A DNA stretch of 11,899 nucleotides from Octopus sinensis. Taxonomy: Eukaryota. Every line of letters begins with the position of its first letter. The first letter of the stretch is position 1. Under the pieces are notes generated by a model that was not told the DNA's origin, ran no database searches, and was given only the letters and a program-made list of their open reading frames with translations. The position numbers and the translations under genes are program-made. The stretch lies in contig NW_021826847.1 of assembly GCF_006345805.1 (NCBI RefSeq), positions 1-11,899 on the forward strand, in the 5' to 3' direction. Shown here one piece after another: positions 9,328 through 11,899 of the stretch.

Positions 9328-10601
9328 CGATGGGCGTTCAGTAAGTAATGCCCCTAACCCACTTCCCATAGCAGTAGAGCAACGAAACTTGGCACAGTTA
9401 TTAGTCTTTTTCTACATAGGAACCACCCAGAGTTACGCATTTCTCCCATCTTTTGATGCAGCTCTGGAGACCGTTTTTGTAGAAGACCACAGCTTGGTCC
9501 TCCAACCTCGATGTGACTTCAGAAAGCAAGGCTGCATCATCTGGGAAACGCTTTCCTTTCAAAAACAACTTCATGGCTGGGAAGAGGTGAAAATCAGAGG
9601 GTGCAAGGTCAGGAGAGTAGGGGGTATGGGGGAGGAGTTCATAGCCGCACGCCTGTGCTTCCGATCTGGCGACACGTGAGTTGTGGACCAGAGCGTTGTC
9701 CTGCAGTAGGAGGATGCCTTTGCTGATCTTGCCCCGCCTCTTGATTTTGATAGCTTCTCTTAATTTCCTCAAAAGTGAAGCATAATAAGCTCCTGTAATT
9801 GTGGTACCCTTTGCCAGGAAATCTGTCATCACTACTCCGTCCTGGTCCCAGAAGACTGTGAGCATGACCTTGCCTTCTTTGGAGGAGGTGAGTCTCGGTG
9901 CTTGCTTCTACTGCATTGACTGGGCTTTGGTCTCTGGATCATAGAGATGGACCCAGGTTTCATCCTGTGCAATCAGTATTTTGAAAAATTTTGACTCATC
10001 TTCTTGGCACATCTCCAAATTCATCCTCGAGCACTCGACGCGTTCTTGCTTCTGGAAAGGTGTGAGCAACCTGGGAATCCATCTGACAGACACCTTTTGC
10101 ATATGCAAATGGTCATGAATGATAGTTTTCACAGACCCGGTACTAATCTTGACCTCATGGGCTATTTGGCGATAGTTATGCGTTGATCTTCCAAAATGGC
10201 AGCCTCAACTTGACGGACAGATGCCTCATCAATGGCAGAAGGGGGGGGGGCCACCAGATGTGGGAGCTGTTCCACAGAGTTCCGACCATGTTTGAATTCA
10301 CAATGCCAGCGTTTCACAAGGTCATATGATGGGGCATCATCACCATAAGTTACTTTCATTTCATCAAAAGTCTCCCATGGGGTGTATCCTTTCAAATACA
10401 AAAACTGGATCACTGCTCGACACTCAACAGGCTCCATTTCACACTTGACTCAGTTCAAACACCTGTAAATCAGAAACCACAATTAGTTCAGAGCTGTAAT
10501 TTGCCACTTAATCTATAGAGATATAAATAATTGCACATGCAACATTTCAGCTAGATCAAACAACTGTAAGTGGGTCAGGGGCATTACTTATTGAACCTCC
10601 G
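9328..10601 (-). mobile_element. Near full-length mariner (DD34D) transposon, inactive
   Basis: TIRs at 9328-9364 and 10568-10601 (gttca(g/a)taagtaatgcccct(a/g)acccactt), TA at 9326-9327, about 1.27 kb long. Confidence 0.95.
9401..10437 (-). pseudogene. Mariner transposase pseudogene
   Basis: ECRAVIQFLYLKG...WIPRLL...QDETW...QDNALVH...YSPDLAPSDF, with 34 residues between the second and third D. Frameshifts near 10260 and 10165, a stop at 9908-9910, and a small indel near 9870-9905. WIPRLL suggests the irritans subfamily (inference). Confidence 0.95.
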
Positions 10602-10735
10602 TGGTAAGTAGCTTGCTTACCAACCAGCTCAGTTCCAATGTGAGGCACCTTGGGCAAGTGTCTTCTACTATAGCCTCGGATCGACAAAGCTTTCTGACTG
10701 GATTTGGTAGGCGGAAATGAAAGAAGCCCCTCGGG
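10601..10735 (+). mobile_element. 5' part of the same SINE family as 1624-2012, truncated
   Basis: gtggtaagtagcttgcttac...ggcaccttgggc...ggatttgg...aagaagccc matches the reverse complement of about 1875-1996. Confidence 0.85.
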
Positions 10736-10755
10736 TATATATATATATATATATA

Positions 10756-10824
<69 letters not shown>
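10736..10824. repeat. (TA)n microsatellite
   Basis: Direct reading. Confidence 0.95.
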
Positions 10825-10825
<1 letters not shown>

Positions 10826-11306
10826 CTAAGCAATTAAGGGTTTAGCAACGAATTGCCTTACCGCACACCAAATTTAGAAATAGCAGTCAAAGAGATTATA
10901 GCCATTTCTTCTACTAAAAGGGAGATCTCAGTAAAAACACAGCATTTGAAAGGCAAACACAAACAGGTAAGAGAGAATGAATTGACGGCAATCTATCATA
11001 CAGTTTTAAGTCACCTACGGACGTACGTTTCGAGATCAAGTCTTAGGAAAGCATAAGAATTAGATAATTCTACTTTACCCGTACTTCTTCTCTCATCAGC
11101 GCAGGATACAAACAATCATGAATGATTGTATATTGAATTTTGAGATACTAGAAGGCACCAACTCAACTCAGTATCAGAGCGAGCTAGAAGCCAGCTAGTA
11201 TCACCAAATTCAAAGTGTGAATGAAAAGTTTGTGTCACCAGCCCCTTCCCACCTTGATAATTATTCCAAATTAATTAATTTCACCCTTCATTGTTACTGA
11301 TAACTA
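10825..11306 (-). mobile_element. Non-coding PLE-derived element related to 5028-5839
   Basis: Shares aaggg(c/t)ttag, ccgca(c/t)ac, tagaaatagcag and acgtacgtttc with 5130-5335. 11250-11306 is an inverted diverged copy of the aattaattaatt tail repeat. (TA)n on both flanks. Confidence 0.72.
11014..11105 (-). ncRNA. Canonical-core type I hammerhead ribozyme
   Basis: Stem I cctgcg/cgtagg, CUGAUGA (11099-11093), stem II gaga/tctc extended by aagt/actt and agaatt/aattct, GAAA, palindrome ACGUACGU, GUC cleavage site between 11020 and 11019. Confidence 0.9.
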
Positions 11307-11310
11307 TATA

Positions 11311-11390
<80 letters not shown>

Positions 11391-11441
11391 TATATATATA
11401 TATAATTATATATATATATATATATATAACATATATATATA
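11305..11441. repeat. (TA)n microsatellite
   Basis: Direct reading. Confidence 0.95.
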
Positions 11442-11899
11442 GTGATATGAAGGTCAAAATGGAAAAGTGCTATGACCCAGTTTCGTTGGTTGGTGCCGGA
11501 CGGACGGGAGAAACAAGTTATAGGCCTTTGTCTTGTCATCGGTAAGGCAAATTAATGAGGTTGGAAGGTACCGCTAACCCTTATCCGGTCAAGCAAAGTT
11601 TAAGAAAAAAATAAATCTACCACCCTTTAAAATGCGGAGAGCTGGGGTTTGTGGGTCAGTTTGGCGTGAGAGATTGGGGAGAAGAGACAGTCAGTTGGCA
11701 ACAGGGTAGTTGGCGTGAGGGTCGATCTAGAGTCGGTTGCAATGACGAGAAAGACAGGCACAGGGGATTGAGGACTGTCAAGCGAAAGGAAGTGAGGGAG
11801 ATTACGGCGAGAAGGCTAGATTTTTGTAGTATGAACTGAAATTGTTGCAGACTCGGAACGTGCGGTAATGTTTATTTATGTTTTTTTTGTTGTTGAATT

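Noticed and set aside
9053-9679. 208-aa plus-strand ORF
   Set aside because: It is a microsatellite fused to the antisense strand of the mariner transposase.
9401-10437. Domesticated SETMAR-like host gene
   Set aside because: No SET domain, the TIRs are retained and the frame has several disruptions.
11470-11548. Minus-strand CCGAUGA...GAAACUGGGUC hammerhead-like motif
   Set aside because: U4 is altered, no stem II closes next to GAAA and stem I pairing is weak.

Overview
This is AT-rich eukaryotic non-genic DNA made almost entirely of nested transposon remnants and (TA)n/(TATG)n microsatellites; no intact host gene is supported. The repeat families resemble those I recall from Octopus (inference, not verified). 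Conventional content: an internally deleted Tc1 element, a near full-length dead DD34D mariner, four tRNA-derived SINE copies or fragments, and a 5'-truncated Penelope-like retroelement (PLE) with the RT C-terminus and a GIY-YIG endonuclease. The main hidden signal is a cluster of six type I hammerhead ribozyme (HHR) motifs from about three or four PLE-related families (2463+, 3215-, 5314-, 6543-, 7085+, 11014-). All have a palindromic stem III, as in PLE-associated hammerheads that cleave as dimers. One has an apparent G3-C8 compensatory core (GUGAACA). Most sit in short non-coding fold-back elements embedded in (TA)n tracts, and two inversion junctions fall on ribozyme helices. All RNA folds were derived by hand and need computational and biochemical confirmation.
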